Shown here in pieces: positions 38,881 through 52,773 of a stretch of 64,000 nucleotides of DNA. Below the pieces are notes generated by a model. It ran no database searches and was not told the DNA's origin. It saw nothing but the letters and a program-made list of their open reading frames with translations. Origin of the DNA: Marsupella aquatica (taxonomy: Eukaryota; Plantae; Marchantiophyta); NCBI GenBank assembly GCA_973895155.1, contig OZ316893.1, positions 20,340,857 through 20,404,856 on the forward strand, read 5' to 3'. The first letter of the stretch is position 1. Every line of letters starts with the position of its first letter. The translations under genes and the position numbers were made by a program.

Positions 38881-40299
38881 CTTTTGGTTACCAAACTTGA
38901 TAGCCGTCTGCATTCTTAAAAATACACTGAAAATACAAGAGGCAGCAAAAATCAAAAGAAATTAAAAAAACTACTAGTGACTTGCTAACAACACTCTTCT
39001 GGCTATCTAAATGCATGTTTGCATGCATCATACAAAACCTCCACCTATCCTTATTTCCTTCTGTCATCTATTTAACTAGGATGGACCTAGCAGTTTTTTT
39101 CAAAAATTGTAACTATCAACATTTGATCTAATTTGTTAATCTAATAAATCCAATAGTATGCATCTTTTTTCAGCAATGTTAATGTCAACATTTGATCTTA
39201 TTGGTTGATCTGAGATATTTGACAGTAAACATATTTTCTTGTAATTGTTGTGCTCCATGTCCACCGTCCTCTTTGTTGGCATTCGATCAATCAGATCTAA
39301 TAAGTAGAGTTAGTCATTGTTGTTCAAATTAAAGATGAACCACAGCCACGATACTATCCAGACTGAACTCACACTAACGTGACTTCTGGTAGTCCAGTAC
39401 TCAATCTGCAGCTACTGTACCTTTTGATGATTTTTTCCATGACCAGAATCCACAACCAACTGGAAAACATGTGGACGCTGCTCGAAAATTTAAGCTTCGA
39501 TACATGAATTTCAGTCCCACTTAATTTTACAAACCTCCAGAACTGCTGTCTGGTAGGTCTATGATTTTACACTATCAATATAGGTTTTGTTTGGGCAAGC
39601 GGTGAGGAACCATGAGAATTCTCGAACTCCCAGCCTGGCTGTGAAGAGGAGCAACTCATCATTTTATCGCAGATGCATCTGGATTACAGCATCCTGATCG
39701 TATTTGCATTGATTATTTTCATGAATGCAGGGGAAAGAATTTACATGAATGATCGAGAAAGGCAGAGATTGAACATCAGAACAAGAGACGAGCGAGCACC
39801 GCAATTGAGCAAGTTCTTCTTTGATTCATTGAAAATGGCAATTGCACTTATGGCCGAGTTCATGAATAGCTAAGGAACCTACAATAGATCCCCATCACGC
39901 TAATATACGTCGTCTTGCTGATCCCAACAGAATAATTTCTAAGCGATCTTGTGTTTAGGGATTCAGATTCAGGTAACTATGGTGGCAAAATAAACCTCTA
40001 GTGTCATCGACGATTGGTAGAGGATCATCCTACAATTTTCCAGCAGAAACATTGAGGCCGGCTGTTTGAAGTTTGAACTCCAACTATGTCACTGGAGCTG
40101 CTACAAGATATTCTGGATATGCGACATACTGTTGGTCACTCAGTTCTTTTGGCGTCCCTTCGAGCTCCTTCTATATCGGCCACTAAGTATTTTACAAAAC
40201 TGCGGTGCTTCAAGCAATCAAAACTCCAAGAATGAGTTTATGGCTGACATGTTGAAGCACAGCAGTTCTGTCGGATACTTACTTTGAGACTCCTTATAT

Positions 40300-41300
40300 C
40301 CCGCTGGGTAAGGTCTTCAGTTGCTGAGTCCTTGGGCTCCGCTGGCCACTCCACTGGATTCCCATGAATGTGAGGAAATCTAGATTCGTTTGTTCTCGGA
40401 ATGAATCAAACCCTTTGATGTACTCTTTGGAGTGTATGCGTCTTTCCCTTTTCTCTTCCTCACCTTCCATTTCGATCATCCAATGGCACCATTTCAATGC
40501 ACAGCGTCGGAGCTCTTTCCATCATCCCCTCCGTCTCTTGCAGTGTCTTGCTTCGCCTCTAGCCAGATTTCTTGTCCATCCGGTCACAACAATCATGCCA
40601 GGTCACATCATTTCATCCTTGCTTTCAATTGCCCTCTCTGTATTTCTCTCCTGGAGACCCAAATTTGTCCTACCAAGATTCCATTTTATTGAGAATCGTT
40701 TTAGGCCCTTTCTAACCCCATCAATCCCGCTAGCCTCTTTCATCCGCATTCTCCCATGCATTGTGTTGCTCCAATTCACCAGATCATCCAACGTCTCCCG
40801 TGGACACCACCGAACCTCCTGGCACCCTGATCTGTGATTGGAGGCCATCTTCATCATCTACAACGTGGATGTGGGCTTTGAATTGGAGGAGGGTTTTCCT
40901 TCACCTGTGAGTGCCAATGTTCGAAAGAGAACTGGGGCTGGCTGCAGTCCTTTGCATTCCGTAAATTGAACAACTGATTGGATACACGCGAGCTGTGGAA
41001 AGAAGCGCGTATAGCAGTGAAAGAATTGAACCGAAAATGGGCAACATCGGAATTGGATAGGACCGTGTTGGGACAGGAAGTGAAGCCCATAAATTGCCGA
41101 TCTTGACCAACCTTGAGGAAATGGACCACCAATCCAGAAACAAAATGTTGACTCGCACCGGGCCAGAAAATACAGGGTTCATCAAAGAGTTTCAGCGCAG
41201 GGAGTCCAAGTACGTACCCCGTTCGTGGAGCTTCCTCTAATCGAGCCCCCGAATTGTTTTCCTCCAATCTTGCCTCATCAGATCCAAATGCTACCCTGTC
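40300..41300 (-). pseudogene. Possible decayed LINE ORF2 3' remnant
   Basis: Minus-strand fragments GCQEVRWCPRETLDDLVNW (resembling the C..C....ET..HL.W zinc-finger region) and VGQIWVSRREIQR (resembling the LWxIWxxRN motif of L1 ORF2 C-termini). Many stops. Confidence 0.35.
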
Positions 41301-41503
41301 CTATTAGGAAACAGTTCACTAAAAATCCTACATTTGAATGAATGTCAGCCCAATTCCAGTTGTGGAATATGCTGCAGTAGCAATCTGATTCACTTAGTAC
41401 TACCTGGGGTGCATGCTGAGTCAGAGCTACTGAATTGGTGACCACCGAAATGACTGCCCCGATTCTGGTTTACTCTTTCTCCCAAAGCGAAGTTAGGGTG
41501 GAG

Positions 41504-43367
41504 ATGTCTTATGTGACAAGGGAAGTTTTAGCCCGGGGCTTGACTAAGTAGCGACCGGGGTTTCTAGTGAGCAAATTGGTAGGGCCGTGTCTATCTAGTC
41601 TGTTTCCCATGTTTGGAGTGTGGAATTCGTCCCGTGAAGAATAGGCCTTACTGCTTTTCTTCTCTAGCCTCGGACAAACTGTATCCACAATGCCAATTGC
41701 TGTCTCTAATTGTTTAGTTTACCAGGCCACTTTAATGCACTTTTGATGATTTTGGATTTTCTCTTCGCGCTTACACTCGTCTTTTCGGCAAGCTCTCTTG
41801 CCTTTTGGTATTCCGTGGCTCATGTGGGAGTTCGGTATCTCAAATGTTATTCGATTCAATTCTGATTTCATTGCATGCAACGAAAAGATCTGTAGGGTTG
41901 CTAGCGTGAGCAGTAATTAAGACAAAGATTGTTTTAATCTACATTTTTCGAGAATAACCCGGGTTTGTGGGATGATTCAGAGACTCCATTAACTTCATAA
42001 AGAATCTCCCTGAGTCCAAGAAAACTGAGCTGACAGGAAAGAAGGAGGGTTCTGCTGCTTCATCGGGACACGCTCCTCTGAAATCAGCTCTCAAAGCAGG
42101 AAAGGCTGATCCACACGGTCACATCTCTGATCCAGAGTTGCTCAACAAACTGTCCATGGTACGAATTCCACTGTCAGTTTGGCATCTACATGGGAATTCC
42201 TCTCTGATGTGTACCCCAACGGACTGCTAAAATCCTAAGATGATGTTCTATTCAGCTTTGAATGGAAGCATTATGTTGTCCACAATATTCACAAGGACGC
42301 TCTTATCTCAATGAAAATATGAAAGTTCTCTCGTCCTCATTGAGTTTGAAACCATTTGTAAACCTATATTGTGGAAAGAACTGAAAACCTGATCAACAAA
42401 TTAGCGCAAGGACGAACCAGAAGCGTTTACAAACAAGTACATGCCCACCACAAGTCCATCAGTTAAGGTAGAAACCATTATGTCTCACATCTGTGATTTT
42501 GATTCCAGAACTTATGGAGACGAGTCAATGCGGGCTACATGATTGAAAGGCGACCTTGCCTCAGTCTTTCGCAAGCCAGCTACACTTGGGATAAAAAACT
42601 GGTACTCACCTAGACCACTTGATCTGTTGCATCATTTTTCCATTTGGCAAGCATACATTGCCTTAAAACTCCAAGCTTGCAGGACGAGATCTGTATTTCA
42701 CACTAAGCAAACGAAACGGACACCAAAACTGACGGCTGCACAATATGCTAGGTGCCGGGTCATCCTCGATCACCACTTTAGTGAATCTCGTGAATACTGC
42801 TCTGAACGCGAAATTACAACAGTTTGCTGAACCCATATCACAAACAAGGCTATCTTCTGCTATAGATGTTCTGTTCTGTTCCAACATTGAAAGAGAGATA
42901 GCTCTTTGAGCGGGAGTATATATTGGAAGAAGTTTTCGAGTTAGATATAAATCTCACCTAGGCAATTCCTTTCCTGTTATTACAAGTAAGTCACCTAAAC
43001 AAATGCTGTGACAAATTTGCAACCCTTGCAGCTTGAAAAGACCGACCGCGAGCATATGCATAAGAGGGACATGTTCTCCGAGTACGTTGAGGCTGCAGCT
43101 CGTTTCAATATTATGATCAAATCAAATGCCAAGGTTGCAGTCCCGAAGTACGTTCCTCGTGCTCTACGTCCTCAGACTCCAGGCAGGAAATGGTATGCAC
43201 CAGTAATGAAGCTTCCACCTGGATACAAAGGACCCGGATCCCCTCAGACTTCAGCGACACCACCAACACCATCACCAGCAGCCCCACCTAAGGATTTTGG
43301 TCCCCCTGCTCAGCCTCCTCCTCCTGCTCAGCCTCCTCCCCCTGCTCAGCCTGCTCCTTCCGCTTAA
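41504..43367 (+). CDS. Putative 3-exon gene, 185-aa protein of unknown function with Pro/Ala/Gln-rich tail
   Basis: Exons 41504-41547, 41981-42158 and 43032-43367 join in frame via GT-AG introns: MSYVTREVLARGLTK-DSINFIKNLPESKK...DPELLNKLSM-LEKTDREHMHKRDMFSEYVEAAARF...PPAQPPPPAQPPPPAQPAPSA*. Exon 1 has a weak donor (aa|gtagcg) and is the least certain. Confidence 0.6.
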
Positions 43368-46300
43368 AGCATGGTCCATCATTTATCATGCGCATTCCTT
43401 TATACTGCATTGCTGCCTTGATGAATAAATTCCCCCAGAACACAGCAATCATGTGTATCGGCGAGATGTTCTTCAACCTGTGCTTTGATAGGTTAAACCT
43501 TGGGCAGCAGGAAAGTATGGATGCACTTCGCAGTTTGTAGAATGTCTTTGAGTAGAGGCTGCTGCTAATGTCCAGAAGATGCATACGTGGATCTCCGTCT
43601 GTGATCTAAATGTTGATTAGATTTTGTCATGAAGTCCTAAGATTGTGACATGGATGCAGAAAGACGCGCATGTCTTAGTTTCTACAAGTCAAAGTCCAAG
43701 AGTCCTCAGAAATTGCAAGAGCAACACCTCCAGAGCATATGTTAGGAATTTAAGCACACAGTGATTGAACAGTTCCAACGCACTAGAAACCGTTCTCCTA
43801 CCAGAGTGTAAATGAACGGGCTGAAGGAATGCTGTTTAGAAAATCCAATTTTACAATATGAAAACCAATTCCCAAATCACACTTTTTGGTTCCGAAAGGA
43901 GCCTCGTTGAGATCTTTCATCAAAATGAATGCCCAAAATTTACCCGAAAGGAGATTACTTACCTTTCATCTGGTGCTGCAACTTACCATCATCTGTTCTG
44001 CAACAGAAGTTATGTCTGCTTGTACACCCTCAGGTTAAGATCCCTTCCTTTTCAATACCTTCTCTTCTGCAGCAAACTCTTGGTCAGCATATTCTTAAAT
44101 TCTACAGGCAACTAGAAGACGTGAGAAAATGCCAAGCATCCTACTTATGAATGACAAGATTCCAAACAGGGTGGATAAAATACTTTGAAACACAATTTAA
44201 TTACACTACCAAGATCAGGCGCCGCACTCGTAAGGATCTCAGCGGAAAGTATCCTGCAATGCAATTGGGGTGCCACGGGCAAGGGCCGGCAAAAGATGAG
44301 AGTCCGCAAAGAAATGAACGTTCGTTGCAGCAAGTCCACAACAATTCACAATGGAGGACCGGAACTGTGGAAAATCTAGCCAGTAGCACAAACTTTCAGC
44401 TATCCCGTCCCACTCCCCTGTTCAAGACACTTAAGTACTTGTTGCTAAAAATTCTAAAACAAAGGGTTGACCTCAACCGAATAAAAACTTATCGAAATGC
44501 CGATGGCCGCGGCAGAGGACTTGAATACTGGCAACAATGCAAGCGAGAGAAATCTAGATGCCAGCAAACAGTTTGATATCACAATGAAGAACAAGGATTA
44601 CAGATGCAAAATCCTCTTCAAGGTAAAGGGATGGAAACTTAAATGCTAAAAACTAAACCGAATAACCAACATGGTAAATATCTTCTTGAGAACGAAAGCT
44701 TAACTCCTAAATATTAAACAGATTCACATCAACATGGTCAACAGCTTCTTCTTATAGAGACCAGGCTATAGGTGGAAATTGATCGAATTCTTCAGTAGCG
44801 TGGACAACGATAGGGTGTGTTTTAGTTAGGGCAAGTAATGTTGTTCTCTGGACATTTCGGGTTGTTCATAGAACATGTCCCTGTCAGTGGTGTGGACGAC
44901 AGCTTTTTCGTAAGCCTCTTACACACTCTACTCTGAAATGTAAGAGAAAATTATTAGTGGATAGTTACTCTCCTTTGTTGTGTAGATTGTGAACCCACAG
45001 TCGACAGTCATAAAGAAGCCTGCGAACTGAGGTTAATTTGAGTCAATTGGCTACGAAGAGTGAAGAGTGAAGAGTTCTCGCCTCAATACTGTTGTAAAGA
45101 ACTCTTCGTCAATTTCAGCTCTGCACTTCTTCAGGTTGAATTGGTTAGGGTCTGTTCTCGCCTGAATATGTTGTCAAAACAAGAGTAAAGAGTTCTTGCC
45201 TGAACGCTGTTGTAAAAGAAAAGTCGAGAGTTCTCTCCTTTTATGGCAATCAATGATGTTATCTGTAATAGTATTGATTCATGAGAACGGATTTTTGTCA
45301 AGATGTCTTGATCTCGTAAGTACTTCACCATGGTGCGTAGTTCAGACCTATCAAGCAAAGCAGTTTTTCACCAAAGCAAGCTGGAGAGCCATTGCGCACA
45401 CCAAATATAGTGTCCCGTGCTGAAAGCATTTTTTGAATCCTTTTATTGCCCCCAAGGTCTTGTAAAGCCAAGTTTAGCCAATGGTGCCACATAGATTTAA
45501 CTAAAGACAGATTGAGGACACACTCCACCTAAATGTCACATAATCTTTGGCTAAAGTCTTTCTAGATGTGAGAAGAGAAGATTTTATGAAGGACTTGTGG
45601 GTCCCTTTTCAATGCAAATGACTTAAAATAAAAATGGACTTAAAATAAAAATGGACCAAGAGGCTTGAAGAAGAGACCACCAAGAGAGGTGATATAAAAT
45701 CTAGGACAACAGAGTGCTCCACATAAGCAAACATCGGGCCCCATTACATTCCATGTAGGATTGGTAACAAGTTCGGTTGAAAGTGCCCCCAATGTTTTGT
45801 AAAGTGAACAGCAGCAGTTTGACCCAAATGGATGGCTCTGATCAGATCTTGGAGACAAAAAAAACAGGTGAAAACTGCCCCCAGCGTCTTGTAAAGCCAC
45901 CCTGAGGTTCATATACTTCGCCATTCAGGATCACTGAAATTGCCATTCTGACAGCTGCAAACATTGGTAAGCACAAAATGTTAGATGAGGAGGTGAGCAG
46001 ATGACGACGAGAGCAGGGAAGAAGCCTTGGCATAAATAAGCCCTTCCTTTCAAAGTCTCCTCAAATTAACATTTCAAGCATTTTTTGGTGCCTAGGGATG
46101 GGACATACTGGGTTTCTTATCCTATGCTCATGGTCAACAAAATAAGTTCTTGAATCACTAGGAACTCCATTGGGATCAAACTACTTAAAAAGAGAGGGGA
46201 GAATGATTTTAAAACAAATGAACACAGATTCTATCCTTTCTATACAAGGACAAAATTTATATTGCACACCTGAATTGACTGTTGTCGCAACTCACAGTAG

Positions 46301-46607
46301 CACATTCTATACCCTCCTTTGTCATAGTTCACCCTTTCTACACCCCCTTTAGCTATAATTCACCCAGACATTTCTGTACCCGCTGGACCTATTTTTGTCA
46401 AAATTCAGTGAAGCACTTTGCATACCTGTGTAGCTTGTTTTCTTTTATTCTTTCAATTTTGATTCACATTAATTGTCAAACTACACTATTTTTGGATTGT
46501 GGTAGTTTTCATTTTTCACTAGTAACCTCAAATCAAAGGAAACCTTTATTGCCTCTTTAAAGTGCCACTCTTCATGACAAAACCTGGATCCACCATTGTT
46601 AGTACCT

Positions 46608-46890
46608 TTTTCCTCAAATTGTGGAGCAAAGTCTCACCCTAGACGAGAGAATCGTATTGTGGAGCAAAGTCCCACCCTAGATGAGAAGAATGTGAAAAAA
46701 GGAGAAGTTCTCCTCAAATTTTTGTGGAGCAAAGTCTCACTGACCCTAGATGAGAGGAATGTGAAAAAGTATAAATTTTACTCAAATTGTGGATCAAGGT
46801 CTAACCCTAGAGTAAAGGAATGTGAAAAAAAGGATAAGTTTTCCTCAAATTGTGGAGCAAAGTCTCACCCTAGAGGAGAGGAATATGAAG
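46608..46890. repeat. Degenerate tandem repeat, ~55-65-bp unit, ~5 copies
   Basis: tcctcaaattgtggagcaaagtctcaccctaga...gaatgtgaaaaa recurs at ~46611, 46658, 46711, 46781 and 46842. Confidence 0.8.
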
Positions 46891-47299
46891 AAAGGAGAAA
46901 TCTCAGACACCTCTGTTTTTATATGGCCAGTGCTGGTTGAAGGTAAAATTGCTATTAGCTATATTTCAACCTGCCAAATAGTAGAAGAGACCAAACCAAG
47001 AGACGTGATCCAACGAGTCTTTAAAGTAAAATTGTTCTTGAATATATATTCACTGCCAAAAACAGAAGGGGCGCAACCTGGAGACATGATCAGGACAAAA
47101 AAAGCACAATCAAGGGAGAACAAGTAAAAAGCCAAAAAACCAGAAAGACCAGCAACTAAGCCCAACCCCCAAGTAGAGACAAATCTACTGGAGTTCAGTT
47201 CCTGGGCTAATGGAGCAGTCACTCGTGTCAAGTTCTCAAAAGCATGCTCGAGTGGTCTGGTCTGACAAGTTGGTCTATTTGCTCGTTAAATCCTCTTCT

Positions 47300-48620
47300 T
47301 TGGATCCACTACTGAACCTGCTCGCTGAGTACTGCATGTAATCAATATAATATACTAGCTGGATCCATCTCGTACACGTGGAATATATGTAGAGGAGCTC
47401 AGAATGCTGGCAACTTCCATGAGAACTTCTGGAAAGTTGCAAAGGAAGGTCTGGATTCCCATGTCCTGGTCCATTTCCAAGTGCGTCATTCCCTGGCTTC
47501 TATTTTTGGGTACATTCTGCACTCTGGACTCAGAGCGAAAGGTTGGGAGCTGATGACGACTCTCCAGCCAGATCTGGAGTGCAGATAAAGTTTCCAGTCT
47601 AGCTCACACAATCATGAATGTGTGATTCATTAGAAATTCGTCTGTCAGTCGAAGGAGGAAATATTGGGGACGATAACCATTTCGAACCGAGGATGAGGAG
47701 ACAATGACCACGATGGATGCATGGGAAAGTAAGGAGATTTAAAGCTTCCATCCACAAACGAAACTGTTGATAAGTTTGCACGGCTGTGTGACTATCACAC
47801 TTTCCCTATACAAGGATCCAAGGAGGATCGCCTAGAGATACTGCCTTGTGTTTAATTCCATCCGAAGTTTCACAATCGTGTTGCATGAAGATCGAGGTCT
47901 ATCGTGTACGCTTCTTTAGCTGAAACGTAATGGTAAGTTAAGGAGGCCACGCATGTTCGTTGCATCCCTAGCTGTAAGAATGAGAATCTAGTGAGGACCG
48001 CTCTCATTTGTACTCTATGCTGGGATATTGGAATCGGAAAACTCTTTCCGGGGATAGCGTAGGGCCAACCATTTTTTGCAGTTTCCCTTCATACAACCAC
48101 AGCCGTCGGGAACCTGCCGACCCTGAAATTCTGTGTATCTCCAAACGTTCTACGATACTTTTCACTCGGCCTGTTCATGAGCCTCACATGCAAGCTGGCC
48201 ACGTACGCCATTCATCGATTGTAAGCCTGTAAATCTGCCAACACTCAGCCTCGTCGCCTATGACAAGTTGATCATCGGAGTATGCTCCTAGTTTTGACAC
48301 TAATCGATTATATTCCATCTAATTCCAAGCCCTGAAGGTTCTCCGGGAAGATAGCTAGTTGCATGTACAGATTGGCAATGGACGGATGTCTGGGTACATT
48401 CAAGTAAGTAGCCATAGAGCTCGTAGGTGTGGGCGGGCCTAGCTTCCTGAGTGATCATTGCCAGGATTTCTGTGGAATTTCTCTCGAGTTTGCAAACAGT
48501 CCGAGATCGAGCAGAAAGATCCACTTGCAATGACATTCCGACTGTACTAGAGTGTGGCACATTGCATGGTGGCCACATCTTGGTGGCCGCACCATCTGTG
48601 AATGTGTGGGATTCTCCTTT
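47300..48620 (-). pseudogene. Possible decayed F-box gene
   Basis: Minus-strand KMW...(NVIAS in a shifted frame)...VDLSARSRTVCK resembles the F-box signature W..LP..L...VIA.LP...LARFR.VCK. Downstream sequence is broken by stops. Confidence 0.3.
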
Positions 48621-50270
48621 CAAAATTCCTACTGTCGTTTCTGGCATGGTCACTTGACAGATCCGAGACTCTGGGTAATCGTGATTGTGGCCGTGTGCAC
48701 ATGAGACCACTACTTCTAAGCACTGATTTCAATTTTAAATTTCCCTCTTATTAGCTCATTGAACGATGTCAGTGAGCCCTCGTCGACTCGCATGCACGCT
48801 GCTTCGTTGACAAACCTCGATCACCTCTGGTCCAGCAAAACGACAGTTGAACTCGATCGATCAAGAGGACTTTGCCTTTTGATAGGTTGTTCGATCTGGT
48901 TCGAAGGGAGCGTGGCTAGGCAAAAGGGAAAAAGCGTCGTTGAACTTTCTGGCATGGTGGCTATTGATTGGATCGGAGGCTGACCCTAATTTTATTGCTT
49001 TTCCTTTTTTGTCTCAGAGTTCCGAGCGACACGGGGACACACAGGTAGAGCATCTCCATGGCCAACTTTACTGCGGAAGAACATAATTTGTCTTTTCTGT
49101 ATATGATGCTTTATGGGCAATGCTCTCTAACTGGGGCACACAGGCAGCGACATGAGCTACCTTGCTACCGGAGCGAGCGATCAAGCACGCCTCACGTGGG
49201 ATCGATTCATACCCTAGCATGCCGTAATGCAAAGTTCAATAAAACCTAAATCCTAAACCTGCACCGACTTTGCTACTCGAATACCTCAACTTCTTCCATC
49301 TCCAGATATTAATTCATGCATTTCTGTCGATAGTTGCGGGAAAAGTTGCTTCTTTAAATGACAGGCTCGCATCCGAATCCCTGTCAGAACAAGCAATTGA
49401 CACGAACCCTAAACACACATATCTTCCGGCATGCTGCATGTACTGTACATTCTACGTGACAATTAGACTCCGAGAATCTCAATCATTGTCCATTACGCAG
49501 CTTTCTTCGAATATAGATCCATGGCGGGAACACACGCACGGCCACACAATCCAATGGCATAAGTGATTGGAGCTTGGGGTCTCCAGAGCCGCCATGTCAT
49601 CGGGACCTCCGCTAGGGTATGCAAGCATAGACAGTCCTTTCAGATGGGCCTCTTTCTTCGTAAATTCATCGCAGGCCACACATCGAATGCCACCCCCGGA
49701 AGATAGCAGATGAGCTTGGTCGATCGAAGCTCGGGGTCTCGAGAGAGGCCATGTCATCGTAAAATTAGCTGATCAAACATTAACGCCATCTTGTCAATCG
49801 TCTGACCAACACACAGCCTACCACCCATTGCAAATGATCCGAGACATTATTTTCCGATTACAGCCAACGTGCATGATAATTGGCACGAAGAATGCAAGGA
49901 GCTCATAAAATTTCGCCTCCACGGACAAAATTTGATGATCTAAATTCCCACTTCAGCCTGTCAGAAGTCCACGACTACTCAATTCCTTCTAAATTAGCCA
50001 CAAGCACATAGATACTCGATTCCTTCTAAATTGGTCACAAGCACATAGAATTGCGTGAGGGACAGGATGGTGTCTCCTTGCAAACTGTTGCAGATGTTCA
50101 AGGTGTAATTAATAGGGCGTCTCAAAGCTGGGGATGTTATAGTCAGGGAACTAATTTGGTCCATTAATAATAACATTTTTTTAAATATATTTGTATTCAA
50201 ATTTCTGTGGGACTATCATTACGAATAGACCTTCAAGTTGTTTCTTGCTGCCTAAAGCTTTACAGATCAC

Positions 50271-50628
50271 TTCCAAGCCAGAGGTCCCAGGTTCAATCCA
50301 CACTGGTTGTGGAGTGTGTGTGAGAGAGTGGGTGTAGTGGTGTGAGTTCTGGTTTCTCCTTAGCCCCTAGTTGGTTAGCTTTGGTTCAACCCCTCTCCTT
50401 CCTGGTGTGGGAATGACCCCCTTGGGGACTACCCTAGAGAAGTTCAACCCCCTCTCCTTCCTGGTGTGGGAATGACCCCCTTGGGGACTACCCTAGAGAG
50501 GTTCAACCTCTCCTTCCTGGTGTGGGAATGACCCCCTTGGGGACTACCCTAGAGAGGTGCATACTCTGAAATAGATCATCTATCTTCTGTTGGATGGATC
50601 AGCTTTAGATTTCAAGGCAAAAACATAA
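50271..50628 (+). mobile_element. tRNA-related SINE, copy 2, with 7-bp TSD and internal ~59-bp triplication
   Basis: TSD agatcac at 50264-50270 and 50629-50635. gaggtcccaggttcaatcc B-box/T-arm at 50281; A-rich tail gcaaaaacataa; unit ggttcaacc..tctccttcctggtgtgggaatgacccccttggggactaccctagaga x3 (~50383-50555). Confidence 0.75.
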
Positions 50629-52773
50629 AGATCACCTGGGGAGGTGCTCTTAACATCTTACAGTATTTTCCATAAAAGGACAGTTATGGACACTCAAAAG
50701 ACTACTTTTGAGAGGCCTTAATAATTCAGGGTACGTATAACATTAACTTGAAGAACCTACAGTTTACATGATCGTCACTTCCAAACTATATTGAGCTACT
50801 GGGAAGTGATATGGATGATGTGCAAACTGTGTTAACTATAAGTATTTCAAACACCTATTGTGAGAAATCAAAATTACAGCCTTTAGTACTGTAATGACCA
50901 TTCTGAAACATTGCTTTAAAATTCACAAGACAGAAAAAAGCAATAAGAACCTCCTTAGTGAATAATATTGTACTTGGTTAAGGCACAACTCCCATGTACA
51001 GGGTACTGAAGAATGCGTCTCTGAACGTCAGCATCTGGGTGAGTGAGATATACATGCCTGAAACCCTCCTGTGCAGGCTTGACTGCAATATTTGTGGAAT
51101 CCCGACTGAAGGGCAAGTCAGAGACAGAAATTTTCCGGCACTTTCTTCAGGGCCCACATGCAAGTTGGGCCAATCCCTCCCGTTCCCAAAAACAAACAAC
51201 CAAAATAAGGTGAGATTTTGTTGTTTTTTTTTTGTTTGTAATGGCAGGATAAGAGGTTGTACTCGGCAAATTTGTTTCTGTGATCACACATAAAAGAATA
51301 AAATAAAACACTCAGACACACCAAAAAATAAAATTGATGCTCCCATGGACCACTGTTTGACTAAGGGACTTTGGCGGACCAAGCACATTTTGATACCCCA
51401 ATCTGTGATGATTGATTAACAAGAGAAATGTTATCGAGTAAAATATAACATTTCTAGTTTCACAATCCTAGTTTCTAGAAAGTGCCTATGTGAGTTTCAC
51501 AATCAATCCAGGCAAGAATCTGGTCAACATTATGATCTTTCCATTTCTTGTTTTCAGGCTAGGTTTGACTCTTTTGTTGTTTGGCGTGTGATATATGCTG
51601 GGATATATGGACATATCAGATATTTAGACAATTGAATGGTTCAGGCATGAAAGGACCCACGAAGGGGATCATACTCTAAAGCAATTAGTAGATAAATCAA
51701 TATAGATGTCATAAGTTTGGAAAGGCAAATACACTTCTCTGCATTCTATATATATTCAATTAGATCAATAAGCATACATCCCATAGAAGATGCCCTTGCA
51801 TAAAAGTTGTCCTTGCACAAAATAACTTTTTGCAAAGAAGACATTGGAATTGTGAAAAACATGTTGTGGAGGTAGTCATTGAGGAAAATAAGTGTTGAGG
51901 CAATGTGAACTTTTGAGCCCCATGAGAACATATTATTGCGGCTTTGTTGTGCTAACTTGTGATTGGGTTTTCACTCCAGTTGTGTTGTGGTTGTGAAACT
52001 CAGTTGAGCATTGTTTCAGCTGGGTTGTCATTGCAACCATGTCATTGCGGCCATGTCAGTGTTGCAAAAGTGTTATCATTCCAACCATGTTGCCTATGTA
52101 TTCAGGCTCCCATGGTCTTCACTTCTTTTTTCCAACCCATCAGGGGCAAACTAAGAAGTTAGGGGTTTTTTAATTCAATTGGGTGCAAGACTTTAAAATT
52201 TTTGTTGAAGAATTAAAAATAGGAGTGTTAAATTAGTCCAATTTAGAGAATTATAATAACTAAGGAGGGTTTGAATTCCAAATTTGGGAATCTTCCTAGA
52301 ATATTTGATAAAGTCATGGGTTAAAATATAGTAAGATAATTCTTTGTTTCTTTAAGTTTTAGGGTGTTTATTACCTGAAAACTTATCGCGTGATATGAGA
52401 CTTCCTTGGAGTGAGGCCCCCGAGTTCAGGCTGTGATTGTGGAACTGTCATTTTGGTTGAGTGCATCCTGTTGGTGCAGCAATGTTGTCAATTTGGTCAA
52501 TGTTGTTGTTAAAAAATGATGTTGTTTGGGAGGGCAAGTATACATGGAAGTGCAAGGAGTGCAAGATAGGCACCAAGTAGGGTCGTGCAACACTCTATTT
52601 TCCTTTCTCCCTCCCCCTTCTCTCCTCCCACTCCCCATGTCAGGGAGGTGGTGGGCAAGGGCGAGGCCGAAGGGAAGGCAGATTGGGCAGAGGGAACACT
52701 CAGGCTGAAAAATGTGGGTCCCCCAAATTATTATTTCCCTTTCCCCATGATTTTTCTATCCATCACAATCTCA

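Noticed and set aside
50281-50300. tRNA gene
   Set aside because: Only the T-arm/B-box part is present, with no acceptor stem or D-arm. Treated as a SINE head.
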